DNA from: an uncultured delta proteobacterium
Lineage (GTDB): Bacteria; Desulfobacterota; Binatia; UBA9968
Reading direction: 5' to 3'
DNA length: 64,000 nt
Assembly (NCBI GenBank): GCA_963728565.1
Contig: CAVSLC010000013.1
Span: 416,001 to 480,000, forward strand
Of the stretch, positions 51,101-60,830 are shown one piece after another (position 1 is the first letter of the stretch; the number at the start of each line of letters is the position of its first letter). The translations under genes were made by a program, and so were the position numbers. Under the pieces are notes generated by a model. It made no database searches and was not told the DNA's origin. It saw only the letters and a list, made by a program, of their open reading frames with translations.

Positions 51101-51353
51101 ATATGGAACGCAGCTCGTCGATTCCTTCGACGGTGTTGACGACTTCCTCGATGGGCTGTGAGATTACGGTCTCGACCTCTTCGGGGGAAGCGCCGGGCAA
51201 GGTAGTGCGCACCGAAACGTTGGGCAAGTCTACGGACGGGAAACGATCGACACCCAATCGGAAATAGCTCGCCGCGCCGACGACCACGAGCGCCAAGACA
51301 ATCATCGAGGCAAACACCGGACGTCGGATCGATACTTCCGCGAGCTTCTGCAT
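48132..51353 (-). CDS. RND efflux transporter permease (AcrB/HAE1 family)
   Basis: 1073 aa; IRRPVFA, GIVIDDAIVVLENI, GVVKKNAIL, RLRPILMTT. Confidence 0.95.
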   Translation of the reverse strand: MQKLAEVSIRRPVFASMIVLALVVVGAASYFRLGVDRFPSVDLPNVSVRTTLPGASPEEVETVISQPIEEVVNTVEGIDELRSISGRGTSFVIATFNLDRDIDVAAQDVRDRVATVLNRLPREVDPPVISKFNNEDSPILTLALSGDRSLRELTEIADKIVKVQIERSAGVGEVRIVGGLERAINIWVDADRLAAYQIPITAVRDAIQRQNADIPGGNVTAGAREQVLRTMGRIVVPEAFNDLVVSTVNGVPIRIRDIGAAEDGTKEQRSLARLNGVPTVQLQVRRQSGANTIAVIESVKENLARVSRQLPGDVRTEIIRDQSRYIYAALHEITFHLILGSLFACLVVLAFMRSWRSTIIASVAIPSSVISAFGMMWALDFTLNSVTMLALVLMVGIVIDDAIVVLENIFRFVEEKKMKPFEAARAATAEIGLAVMATTFSLVIIFVPVSFMSSISGRFLYQFGLTASVAVLVSLLVSFTLTPMMSARMISDTQHANKEGEGNHPRSRRGFYGWIDRHYERMLQWSLAHRVAVMLFAGLVVLSSVPLYTMVRQEYIPGDVDEAEFDVNITAPQGTSLAAMDEIMRAVETELRAVPSVRLMLCDAGGGFISGVGSGGCYVRIAPHEERIFSSGRLWRETLNGRPWAAFSNVSQRDIMQQIRARLSRFSDLRTSVRNLPSFNIGGGNWEIDFVLRGPDLKALADYAERLRIRSKDLGIIDADTTLKLDNPELRVVIDRKRAADLNVDTEHIASALRLMVGGDEEVSRFIDPAVNEEYDVQLRLSLHDREDIGVISRLYVPRAGAGLVRLDNLVQVEPAQSASRIDRLDRQRQVSLRAGIAPGYALADRIEALNGAVREMNLPAEYTTSVSGRGRELQRTFNQFLWAFLLSFIFMYMILASQYESTIHPLTILLSLPLSVPFALLSLWLTGNTLNLYSALGILVLFGVVKKNAILQIDHMNRLREEGTERLPAILRANRDRLRPILMTTLALVAGMLPLALGSGPGAEERRAVAVVVIGGQSLCLLLTLLVTPVAYSMFEDAAGLLFSKRATAHGRLFNLRRRFIGSWKSQRPPIR

Positions 51354-52570
51354 CAGTTCACTATTTTGACGGGCTGCCCGGCAACCAGATTTCCCGGATC
51401 GACAATGACGTGATAGCCGGCGGCAATGCCTTCGATAATCTCGATCTGCTCACCGATACGACGTCCGGTGCGCACCCGCTTTTCCACGGCTTGTCCCTCT
51501 TCCACGCTCAAAACCTTATCGATCCCCGCAAAAGTAATGATCGCGTCGCGTGGCACGGTAATAATCTGCTCGCCGGCTTCCACGATGATATCGGCTTTGG
51601 CAAAGGATCCAGGACGCAGTCCGCCGTCCCGATTGGGTACTTCAGCCTCGATCAGCAATGTTCGATTGTTCTCACTGATCGCCGGAGAAAGCCGGACGAC
51701 CCGGCCGGAATAGCGACGGCTATCGCCTTCGACGGTCAGTTCTACCGCCTGGCCGACGCGCACGGATCCGGCCTGTCGCTCGGGCACCGCCAGCCGCAAG
51801 CGCAACGGATCCATGCGCACCAGCGTGACCACCGGTGCGCCGGCAATCAAATATTGGCCCACCGAGGCCTGACGTTCGCTGACGGCGCCGTCCATCGGCG
51901 AAACGATGATCGTGTCATCGAGTTGCTGGCGCGCGATCTCGAGCTCTGAACGCCGTTGAAATAGTAGTCCCTGGCGAATTCTGGCTTCTTCAAGAGCATT
52001 CTGGTACTGGCCTTCGGCAATCGCCAGTTGCGCCACCGCGGCATCCAGCTCAGCGCGCGCGATGTAATTATTTTCCCACAATTTTGTCATGCGATCGTGT
52101 GTCAAACGAGCTTCTTTGAGGCCGGCTGCCGCTTGCCGCACCGCCGATGTTTGCTCGGGTTCGATCTTATCGCTCTTCCCTTCGGCCGGGAGCCCGAGAC
52201 GAACTCGGGCCTGCTGAAGAGCAGCCTCGGCTTGATCCACGCGCAGCCGGTAATCGCTGGGGTCGATGCGCGCAATCGCCTGGCCTTTGCGCACTCGGCT
52301 GCCGAGATCGACCGAGATCTCACCGAGCCGGCCGACAACTTTGGTGCCCAGGACAACTTGATCTTCGGCCGCCAGCGTTCCGGTGGCGCTCACCGTGCGG
52401 GCCACTTTGGCCTCCACCGCTGTAGCGATTTTTACCTGGCGCGGCGGCGGCGAGTCGATCACGGCGGTAGCTGATTGATCGCCGCCACATGCCGCTAGCG
52501 CGAATGGCAGCAGCAGAGCCACGGATAGCAATCGGCCCCAGCCCCTCCCCGTTGATCCGAGCCAAGTCAT
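51353..52570 (-). CDS. RND periplasmic adaptor (membrane fusion lipoprotein)
   Basis: LAAC lipobox, V.LGSRVRKGQ, ISPMDG-type lipoyl halves; overlaps the permease start. Confidence 0.93.
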   Translation of the reverse strand: MTWLGSTGRGWGRLLSVALLLPFALAACGGDQSATAVIDSPPPRQVKIATAVEAKVARTVSATGTLAAEDQVVLGTKVVGRLGEISVDLGSRVRKGQAIARIDPSDYRLRVDQAEAALQQARVRLGLPAEGKSDKIEPEQTSAVRQAAAGLKEARLTHDRMTKLWENNYIARAELDAAVAQLAIAEGQYQNALEEARIRQGLLFQRRSELEIARQQLDDTIIVSPMDGAVSERQASVGQYLIAGAPVVTLVRMDPLRLRLAVPERQAGSVRVGQAVELTVEGDSRRYSGRVVRLSPAISENNRTLLIEAEVPNRDGGLRPGSFAKADIIVEAGEQIITVPRDAIITFAGIDKVLSVEEGQAVEKRVRTGRRIGEQIEIIEGIAAGYHVIVDPGNLVAGQPVKIVN

Positions 52571-53313
52571 CGGTCGATCTTCCTAACGCGCTTGAGCCGG
52601 GATCGATTGGTCTTCGCAAGCTGCACAGTGCGGCGGCTCTTTGCACCCGACCCGCGGCTATTGCCTTGGGCAAAATGCTGCAAAGCGCCCTGAGAAAACC
52701 GTGTAATATGATCCGCCAGTTGAGCGATGTCTTGGGAGCCGTATTCCTGTTGCGGATAAAGGCGGCTCAGCACCGAGCGAGCGTGATGGTAGTAAACACA
52801 TTGACTTAAAATACTCAGCGTGCACAGGCGCACGGCATCCGCGGCCGCCCTCGAGCCCAGCAGCTCGCGGACAATGGCAGCCAACTCCTGATGGACCGGC
52901 AGAGCAACGTCGGCGACCAGAGTATCCAAAGCACGGGTGGGCTCGATCATTTCCCGGGCCATAATCTTGGTATGCCAACCCGGCCGTCCTTCATCGAAAA
53001 CCCGATTCAACAAGGATTCGATGTAAGCCGCCAGCCTCTGTTGCACGGTTGCTCCAGCAGCAAGCCCCCTGTTGGCAGGGAACTTCTCGGCATGGGCATC
53101 CGGGACCGAGCGCAGCACCGCCATGTAGAGTCCTTCTTTGTCGCCGAAGTGGTAATTCACCGCGGCGATGTTGGCGCCGGCCTTCTCACAGATCTGCCGT
53201 ACCGTAGCGGCGCGATAACCGACTTCCGCAAAAATCTCGCCCGCCGCTTCGAGCAAACGACTCTCGGTGGCTGAAGACAATTCGGTGGAATGTTTTTCCG
53301 GGTGATTAAACAT
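52567..53313 (-). CDS. TetR-family regulator with CerR/DUF1956 C-terminus (CecR/YbiH-like)
   Basis: LLEAAGEIFAEVGY..TVRQICEKAGANIAAVNYHFGDKEGLY, REMIEPT; first gene of the efflux operon. Confidence 0.9.
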   Translation of the reverse strand: MFNHPEKHSTELSSATESRLLEAAGEIFAEVGYRAATVRQICEKAGANIAAVNYHFGDKEGLYMAVLRSVPDAHAEKFPANRGLAAGATVQQRLAAYIESLLNRVFDEGRPGWHTKIMAREMIEPTRALDTLVADVALPVHQELAAIVRELLGSRAAADAVRLCTLSILSQCVYYHHARSVLSRLYPQQEYGSQDIAQLADHITRFSQGALQHFAQGNSRGSGAKSRRTVQLAKTNRSRLKRVRKIDR

Positions 53314-53448
53314 ATGTTTCAATCAAGCGTATCAAACAGCCGTTGGGCACACAAGCCATATAGTTCGCGCGATCTGTCCGCGCGCTCGCATTTGCTTCAA
53401 AGTGCGCCGGATGCTAGACGAGAACCATCGCATTCAGGAGGAATGATT

Positions 53449-53859
53449 ATGGCAAAACTAAGGCATCTGGCATTGTTGACCCATCAACCGGAGAAGCTCG
53501 CCGAGTTTTACAAAAAAGTCTTCGAGCTCAATGAAGTTTTCCGCACCAAGAATGGCTCAGTGCACCTGTCCGATGGCGAAGTGAATCTGGCGATTTTGAA
53601 CGCCAATGATCCCAAGGATCCGGACGATCTTAAACACATGGGCATGTACCACTTCGGCTTTCATGTCGACGATCAGGAGACCGTGGCCAAGAGAATTCAA
53701 GACATCTATCCGCAAGGGGCGCCGAAGAAGCGGCCCAGCGGCACCAGTTACGCTGAAACACGAGGCGCCGATCCCGACGGCAATATTTTTGACATCTCGA
53801 CCTGGGGATGGAGCGGAAAGCCGCTGCCGAAAGACAAAGGCGGACCCGAACAACAGTAG
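53449..53859 (+). CDS. VOC/glyoxalase-family protein
   Basis: LRHLAL, LSDGEVNLAIL, YHFGFHVDD, DPDGNIFDIS; paralogue of 43433-43825. Confidence 0.85.
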   Translation: MAKLRHLALLTHQPEKLAEFYKKVFELNEVFRTKNGSVHLSDGEVNLAILNANDPKDPDDLKHMGMYHFGFHVDDQETVAKRIQDIYPQGAPKKRPSGTSYAETRGADPDGNIFDISTWGWSGKPLPKDKGGPEQQ

Positions 53860-53879
53860 CCAATGGAGTTAAACATCAG

Positions 53880-54959
53880 ATGATGAAGTTCTTGCTCAAT
53901 CTATTGCTGACACTCGCCGCGGCTTCGATTCAATCGATCAGCGACGCCGCTACCGTTGCCGAGGTCTTAAAGAAAATACAGCCTCTTCAAGCAGCGCAGA
54001 GAAAAACTGCGTTGGAGCAAGGCGCGAAAAAAGAAGGCCAGGTCGTTATCTACACGTCGGTGAGCTTATCGGATTACCCCAAGATCCTGGCGGCTTTTGA
54101 ACAAGCGCATCCGTATATCAAAACTCACGCGTTCCGTTCGACGCCCTCGGGTGTATTCCGCAGGGTCGATACCGAGGCCAAGACCGGCCGTTTCGCCGTG
54201 GATCTGGTCGGCTCGGCGCCGATAGAAGTTTGGCAGTTAAAGGAGCGCCAACTCTCAACTCCCTATGCTTCCCCCGAACGAGACAGTTTATTCAAAGGGT
54301 CATTTGATGCCGACAGCTACTGGACTGCGTTCGATATCACCCCGATCGTGCTCGCTTACAATACCAAGCTGGTAAGCGCCCAGGAGGTGCCTAAGAATTA
54401 TCAGGATCTTTTGAATCCCAAGTGGCGCGGCAAGATGAGCCTCGGCACCGAAGATTACGATTGGTTCTCGGTCATGTTGGACCACATGGGCAAAGACAAG
54501 GGACTCGACTACATGAAGAGCCTGGCGAAGCAGAATTTGCACATGCCGGGCTCGAGTAGCGTGATGAGAGTCCAGTTGTTGCTCGCCGGCGAATCATCGA
54601 TCGCCATAGCGGCCCGCGGCCGTCGAGTCGCCGAGCTCAAATCCAAAGGCGCGCCCATCGATTTTCGAATTTTCGATCCTTATGCCGGCGAACCCGATTT
54701 GCTGGCATTGCTGCAGCGGGCGCCGAACCCCCACGCAGCGATTCTCTTCTACGACTGGTTGATCTCGCAGGACGGTCAGACCAAGATGTCCGACCAGACC
54801 GGCCGTATATCGGTCAGAAAAGGAGTCAAGCACCAGCCCTGGCTCCAGGAGTTACTGCAGAAGGATTTTGTCTTCGTCACGCCCAGCTCGAGAGCCGTGA
54901 ACTTAAAAGAAGTGACAGAGCTCTACCATCAGGTGTTCGGATTGCATCAGGCGCGATAA
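53880..54959 (+). CDS. Extracellular solute-binding protein (Fe3+-type ABC)
   Basis: GAKKEGQVVIYTS, YNTKLV..PKNYQDLLNPKWRGK, APNPHAAILF. Confidence 0.88.
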   Translation: MMKFLLNLLLTLAAASIQSISDAATVAEVLKKIQPLQAAQRKTALEQGAKKEGQVVIYTSVSLSDYPKILAAFEQAHPYIKTHAFRSTPSGVFRRVDTEAKTGRFAVDLVGSAPIEVWQLKERQLSTPYASPERDSLFKGSFDADSYWTAFDITPIVLAYNTKLVSAQEVPKNYQDLLNPKWRGKMSLGTEDYDWFSVMLDHMGKDKGLDYMKSLAKQNLHMPGSSSVMRVQLLLAGESSIAIAARGRRVAELKSKGAPIDFRIFDPYAGEPDLLALLQRAPNPHAAILFYDWLISQDGQTKMSDQTGRISVRKGVKHQPWLQELLQKDFVFVTPSSRAVNLKEVTELYHQVFGLHQAR

Positions 54960-55062
54960 GAAGCCCAGGACGGCGATCTCGGGCCGTTTCAATAGTTCAA
55001 AACGTTCAACCGCTTCGCTCCGACCAAAACGTCAGTCGAAGAAAAGCCGGTTGAACGGCTAG

Positions 55063-55557
55063 TTATTTAATCTCCACCTGCGCGGCGCACCAGGAAAGCA
55101 TTTCGATCTGTGCCATGGTTTCGACGATGGACCCCGCCCGCGACACCGCGTTCTCCGCTTCATCAAACGGTTCGCCCAACGCAAGCAGCACCGAGACCGC
55201 AAGCATGGCGGTGCGGCCGACACCTCCGGCGCAATGAATCAGCAAGGCTTCCCCGGAGCGCAATCGATTCGCTAGATCATTGGCAAACGTCCAGAAGGCG
55301 TCCCGATCCGCGGGCACGCCGCCTTCACGGATTTCAAAAGGCACGACGGAACAGGGAACTGTCCCGGTTTCCAAAGCATCCGCATATTTGGAAGATTTCA
55401 AGCGGATTTCGTACTCTTCGGTGAGACAGATAATTGCGGCCACCGCGTCACTCTTCAGCTGCTGCCAAACCTTCTCGATGGTTTCAAAGCGGCCCGGCAT
55501 GCTGTGCAGCAGCAGTGTTCCAGTAACCCGAGCGGGAAGTTCCACGCGACGAAACAT
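55063..55557 (-). CDS. Dual-specificity/tyrosine protein phosphatase (CX5R)
   Basis: IHCAGGVGRT P-loop, SMPGR, VETMAQ. Confidence 0.85.
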   Translation of the reverse strand: MFRRVELPARVTGTLLLHSMPGRFETIEKVWQQLKSDAVAAIICLTEEYEIRLKSSKYADALETGTVPCSVVPFEIREGGVPADRDAFWTFANDLANRLRSGEALLIHCAGGVGRTAMLAVSVLLALGEPFDEAENAVSRAGSIVETMAQIEMLSWCAAQVEIK

Positions 55558-55779
55558 CTCAAATCTCCGTTGTCTGCAGCCCATCCATGTTGCTGTTCAA
55601 CAATCTTTGCTAATCGTCATCGCACGCCGAGATGATTCTGTAAAGATTGAACGTCAGCGAAGGAGACGGCTTGAACGGATAGCAGCGGTTGAACGGCTGA
55701 ACCTTTGGGATGCGTTTGATGATCATACTGCCGTTGACACCTGATTTTTGAATCCGCTAGATTGGCGCTGCTCACGACA

Positions 55780-56727
55780 ATGCGAAAAACTTTCTGCTTT
55801 TCATTCATCTGGCTTCTTGCCTTTCTTTCGGAAAACTCTTTCGGACACTTCACCGCCAAAGGCCATGTTCACACGGTTTCGGAAACAAAACAGGATTTTC
55901 TGAATTCCGATTGCCGCGCCACCGCATCCTGCGATCTTAAAAGATTCACGTTGACAACGTCGGTTTACGAAGTCTGGTTTAGCGACGATCCGATCTATCC
56001 CACTTATGGCAACAGCGTGGTCATGGAGTATCAGACCGACTCAGTGGCTGCGCTCGAGAAATACGCGATCGTTCAATTCAAAAAAGGTTGCGTATTTTAC
56101 AGTTCAAAAACTAATGGCGGGAAGATCACCAGGAAAATAAATGACACCGTGCCGAGCTTTGGCGAGAACGTTCCTTTTTGCTTTCCCGAATGGGTCATCG
56201 ACTCACAGGACACCGATCCGGCTTACAATAGCGATCCGAAAGGCGGGAGATTCTCTTTACTGAGATGGAATAAACCGGGGTCCTATGATGAGCGCACCCA
56301 GAAATTCTACGGGACTCAGAAACCGAGAAGACCGGTCGTTTACATGGCCGATCATCCGAGCGGCGCCTTTGTTTCCGGAATCGGCATAAAAAATGTCGCG
56401 CTGGAATTCAACACCTGCATCTACAAGGCAAGTGAGGTCCCGGAAAAAACCCGACGAGAGGACATAAACTTTGCGACCCCCCTCACCTGCTTTGGCTGGC
56501 AAAATGTGTATGTTTACGACTTCGATAGAGGAAACTTCCAGACCGATATAGCGGATGTTCCGAGGTGGGAAGAGCCATCCGCGCGGATCGAAAAGCGGCA
56601 AGAGACACCGGCGCGGATCGATCTATATCTCATGGTGATTCTGGTCATTTTATTCATTGCACTAGCGCTGCTGATTTTTACGGCGCTAAGCAACTTCCTC
56701 CGCCAAAAAGATAGTCGCCATCCGTAG
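55780..56727 (+). CDS. Hypothetical exported protein with C-terminal membrane anchor
   Basis: N-terminal hydrophobic signal, several Cys, C-terminal TM plus basic tail. Confidence 0.65.
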   Translation: MRKTFCFSFIWLLAFLSENSFGHFTAKGHVHTVSETKQDFLNSDCRATASCDLKRFTLTTSVYEVWFSDDPIYPTYGNSVVMEYQTDSVAALEKYAIVQFKKGCVFYSSKTNGGKITRKINDTVPSFGENVPFCFPEWVIDSQDTDPAYNSDPKGGRFSLLRWNKPGSYDERTQKFYGTQKPRRPVVYMADHPSGAFVSGIGIKNVALEFNTCIYKASEVPEKTRREDINFATPLTCFGWQNVYVYDFDRGNFQTDIADVPRWEEPSARIEKRQETPARIDLYLMVILVILFIALALLIFTALSNFLRQKDSRHP

Positions 56728-57049
56728 AGCCGCGACACCGCTGCTTGTGGATTCCAAGGAATCATCGGGAGGAGCCAGATCCATTCAGATCCGAGTTTAT
56801 GGCATCTGTGGACCGTGCGCTTTGAAACCGCACGATCAAGACGATCAGCTTTGCACGATACTTTCTGGCTCCATGCGAACTCACCGGCTATATCAGAGCC
56901 AATGAAATGGAGTTTCGGTTCATCGGACAACTGCCGAAACGAAAGAGTCGCCGAGATCTAGCAGTTAAATAGCCGACGATATCCGCCAATCCTGACTTGA
57001 CCCGCTTCGTTGCGATCCTGTATAGCTCCGAACACGGAGGGCACGGATA

Positions 57050-58061
57050 ATGAACAAGACGCGACGACGATCCGCGCGCGCAAGATGGGCGCAAATAGCA
57101 GCGTTGGCGGCTTTGATTGTGATGCTGCAGGCGCCGATGCGCGCCGCCGTAGCGGCCGAACGACTCCGGGTCGCCCATTCGACTCTCACCGCAACCAATT
57201 CCGTGCTCTGGGTAGCGCGTGACCGCGGCATTTTTCCGCGCCACGGTCTCGATGTCAGCTTGATCTACGTCGCCGGTGTGCGCTCGATGCAAGCGCTGCT
57301 CGCTCAGGAAGTCGAAATCGGCTCGGTCTCGGGAACCACCGCCATCCAGGCGAATTTGTCAGGAGCGGATAGCGTCATCATCGGCGGCATCTCCAACAGC
57401 GTGCTCATGTCGCTTGTTGCCACTCCTGATATCACAGCTGTCGAAGCTCTGCGCGGCAAGCGGGTCAGGCGTCACCCGTTTCGGTTCTCTTTCCGATTTC
57501 ATGGCCCGCTCTTACTTGACGCGGGCTGGGGTCACGCCGGACCGGGATGTCGCCATTCTTCAGACCGGCGGGTACCCGGAAAGCGTGGCGGCGCTGCAGG
57601 CAGGCGGAATTCAGGCGGCGATGTTGAGTCCACCGTTCCATACGATCGCCATCAGACGGCTGGGTTTTCGCGAGTTGATCGATCTGAGCCGGACGACAAA
57701 ATATCAGTCCAATGCTTTGGTCACGCTGCGGCGGTTCGCCCAGTCAAAGCCGGCCGTCCTCACCGCGTTCATGGAAGCCTATACGGAGGCAGTCCGCGTC
57801 TTCAAACAGGAACCGGAGTTCACGATTGGAGTGCTGGGCCGCGCTATGCGGAGCAATGATCGGCAGATCTTGGAAGAGACGTACGGCTTCTACCGCGACT
57901 ACTTCGCAGATATACCTCAGCCGACGCTCGAGGGGGTACAACTCATTCTCGACGAGCTGGCGCCGCGTACTCCGAAAGCGCGGGAAGCGCGGCCCCAGGA
58001 TTTCGTCGACCTGCGATTCGTGCAGGCGCTCGATGGGGCGCGCGGCAAGAAAAGTCCGTGA
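57050..58061 (+). CDS. ABC substrate-binding protein, NitT/TauT family (frameshift at ~57467)
   Basis: WVARDRGIFPRHGLDV, LRGKRV/GVTRFGSLSD after removing one A. Confidence 0.85.
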
Positions 58062-58118
58062 AATGATGAGTTCTCTTCCGCAACCTACACCGGAGAATTT
58101 AACCGCATAAGGAGCTCG

Positions 58119-59362
58119 ATGGTGAATGACATAGTCTCTATAGACGCAGAGCGCATGATCGACGGTCGCGGCGGTCCTCCGGTGGAGCCAGCGCGAGTTG
58201 TCATTCAAGGAGAACGGATCACCGCCGCAGGGCCGCCGACCGGATCAAAGCGCCGGAGGGCGCCCGCCGGATTTCTTTGGGAGCCCGCACTCTCCTTCCC
58301 GGCCTCATTGATGCGCATGTTCACCTCAAAGGCTGGCGCAGCTCCAATCCCGACGACGTACTGATAACGCCGCATCCACTGGCGGCATTGCGCGCCGCGG
58401 CCGACTGTCGCAAGTTGCTCCATGCGGGATTTACCACCGTGCGTGATTGCGGCGGTTGCCTGGGGCCCCACTTGCGCGATGCCATCGCCGCCAAAGAAAT
58501 CCCCGGGCCGAGAATTCTCACCGCATACCGGGGACTGTCACAGACGGGACGCGTGAAGAAGGTCACTTGGGCTCTGGATATCACGCCGCTGCGCCAGGAA
58601 GTCGATGGAATCGACGATTGCGTGCGGGTTGTCAGAGAGCAGATCGGCCTCGGCGCCGACTTGATCAAGGTATCGATCACCGGGCGGGTCTATGCCCCGC
58701 AAAGCGATCCAGGGCAAACCGCGTACACATCGGAGGAGATCCAGGCGATCGTCAAGGAGGCTCACCGGATGGGCCGGCGGGTGGCGGCTCACGCTCAGGC
58801 GACCCAGGGCATCAAGAACGGAATCCTGGGCGGAGTCGATTCCATCGAGCACGGAATTTATTTGGACGAAGAAGCCTGTCAATGGATGCGCGAGCGAAAT
58901 ACCGTGCTCGTCCCTACCCTCGCCTATTTCTATCGCATCGCCACCTTGGGTGAAGGTCTGGGATCGCCGGCCTATGCTGTGCGTAAAGCCAAAGAGGTGG
59001 TCGAAGCCCACATGAAATCATTTGCCCTGGCGATGCGCATGGGAATTACCATCGGCATGGGGACCGACTTCGAAGGCTCGGCGCTTTTCCCGCACGGAGA
59101 GAACGGCGCTGAATTCGACCTGATGGTCGACGGAGGCATGGCGGAGCGCGATGTGATTGTCGCGGCCACCGCTACCAATGCGGCGATTTTAGGTATCGAG
59201 CAGAAAGTCGGAACCATCGAAATGGGAAAGTTGGCCGACATAATTGCTGTCCCGGGGAACCCGCTCAAACAGATCTCCGCGCTGCGCCAGGTGGAGTTCG
59301 TAATGCAGGAAGGGCGAATCGCCCGCTGCCGCATTGAAGGCGTCCCGGAGGACCTCCTCTAA
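58119..59362 (+). CDS. Metal-dependent amidohydrolase (prolidase/Xaa-Pro dipeptidase-like), frameshift ~58236
   Basis: LPGLIDAHVH, GFTTVRDCG, GADLIK, VAAHA, SIEHG, MGTD, GKLADIIAV. Confidence 0.88.
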
Positions 59363-59417
59363 AGGAGCAGCACTCATCATCAGGGGATGCTCTCGACGGA
59401 AAGCCGAGGCTCGAAAG

Positions 59418-59897
59418 TTATCTTGCAGAATCGGCGTTAGTCTTGCGCGACCGCTGGACCAACTGGTTAAAAGCTTGAGAATGAGCCCGGTGCCGATACC
59501 CCATACGCCGTTGATTGAAAATGCCGTCAGCAGCAGAGGCGGATGCCAACCGCCGCCCATGGGTCTTCCCTTGAGCGGTAAAACCACCATAAGAGCAACC
59601 AAGGACGGCAGGATGGCGCCAAAAAGAAATGCCGCAACCCAGTAGCCGCCGCGAGGAAAGCGACGTTGAGCCAGCGCAAATAAGATACCCCAGACACCGC
59701 CCCAGAATGCCAATGAACAAAACCGCCGGCACGCCAAACGGTCGAGTCGGCGCCATTGGAAACGGAAGCGATGGCGCCACACCTATGATCCACAGTAAAG
59801 TTAGCGCCAGCTGGTGAAAGATGACAGTGGCGAGCAAGCCGGCGACAAAACCAAACAGTAGCTGTGCCGAAGAGTTCGGGCGCATGCCGTCAGCCAT
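59418..59897 (-). CDS. Hypothetical membrane protein (frameshift ~59722; 3' end uncertain)
   Basis: Joined frames read GFVAGLLATVIFHQ..PFGVPAVL/SLAFWGGVWG..VLPLKG..NGVWGIG; 4 TM segments. Confidence 0.7.
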   Translation of the reverse strand: MADGMRPNSSAQLLFGFVAGLLATVIFHQLALTLLWIIGVAPSLPFPMAPTRPFGVPAVLFIGILGRCLGYLICAGSTSLSSRRLLGCGISFWRHPAVLGCSYGGFTAQGKTHGRRLASASAADGIFNQRRMGYRHRAHSQAFNQLVQRSRKTNADSAR

Positions 59898-60220
59898 AAA
59901 GCGATCCTCCCTGAAATTTTTTGGAGACCTACCTGTACGCTATCGCTAGCGCGATCGGCCCACATCGTAGTCCGGGCCCAACCTAAAATTCTTGCTACGA
60001 GAGGCTTGATTTTCAGAGACATTCGCGAAAGTTTACCCATAGGATCGCGAAATAACGAAGTCCGCAGCTATTCAGGCAAGATGAAACAGGCCTTGAATCC
60101 CCATGCAGATTGCTTGATCAGTTTAGCTAAGCCGGATTCAACTTTGAAGCGGCGTGCTCCGTATGGAAATTCCAAATGGCTTGTGGATCTTTCTTATAGA
60201 TCCTTGCGGAGGATACTTAC

Positions 60221-60661
60221 TTGGCGCAATCCAGCATAAAGTTTGGCAGCAACCGGTTTATATGTGAAGGTGATTTCACCATCATCGGCCTCAATGATGC
60301 AGGAGGTGTCGTGATCGGCGCCACATTGCCGCCGCCGACTCAGTCAGTGTGGGTCGAATTCAAAGCAGGTGGCGCATTCTTGAATGCTGACCTGTCGGAT
60401 GCCGATGGAGGTTTAGTCGCCAGGGTTCGCAGTAACGCAATCGAATTCAACAAGGATAATATCTATTCGGTGCAATTGCTTCCGCCCAACCACAATCCTC
60501 CCGAGCGCATAGTCGTAACCGACAGGCATGGGAAAACAGCCATCGATTTAAGCCTCAAAGAAAATGCCTGGGAGTTCACCGGAGACTTCTATGCCCAGGG
60601 ACAACATATTGTAGTGACAGGACAGGGACTCACTCTGAACCCGCAGAGTTCACAGGGTTGA
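60221..60661 (+). CDS. Hypothetical protein (beta-rich)
   Basis: 146-aa ORF, TTG start with GGAGG RBS. Confidence 0.6.
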   Translation: MAQSSIKFGSNRFICEGDFTIIGLNDAGGVVIGATLPPPTQSVWVEFKAGGAFLNADLSDADGGLVARVRSNAIEFNKDNIYSVQLLPPNHNPPERIVVTDRHGKTAIDLSLKENAWEFTGDFYAQGQHIVVTGQGLTLNPQSSQG

Positions 60662-60830
60662 TCGGGCTTCTTCTCGGACCGGCAAAGCCATCCACCGAGA
60701 TTCTGCCAGCGGATGAAAAAAAGCTGCACAATCTATCGGTACTCTTTTTTTAAGGTTATATTGTCATAAGCTCTGAGGCACACTCTAGATTCAATGTTCA
60801 ACAACGTCATGCATGCACAAGGAGGAATCG

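Noticed and set aside
48132-53313. RND operon lacking an outer-membrane factor as a novelty
   Set aside because: This arrangement is common; TolC-like channels are often encoded elsewhere.
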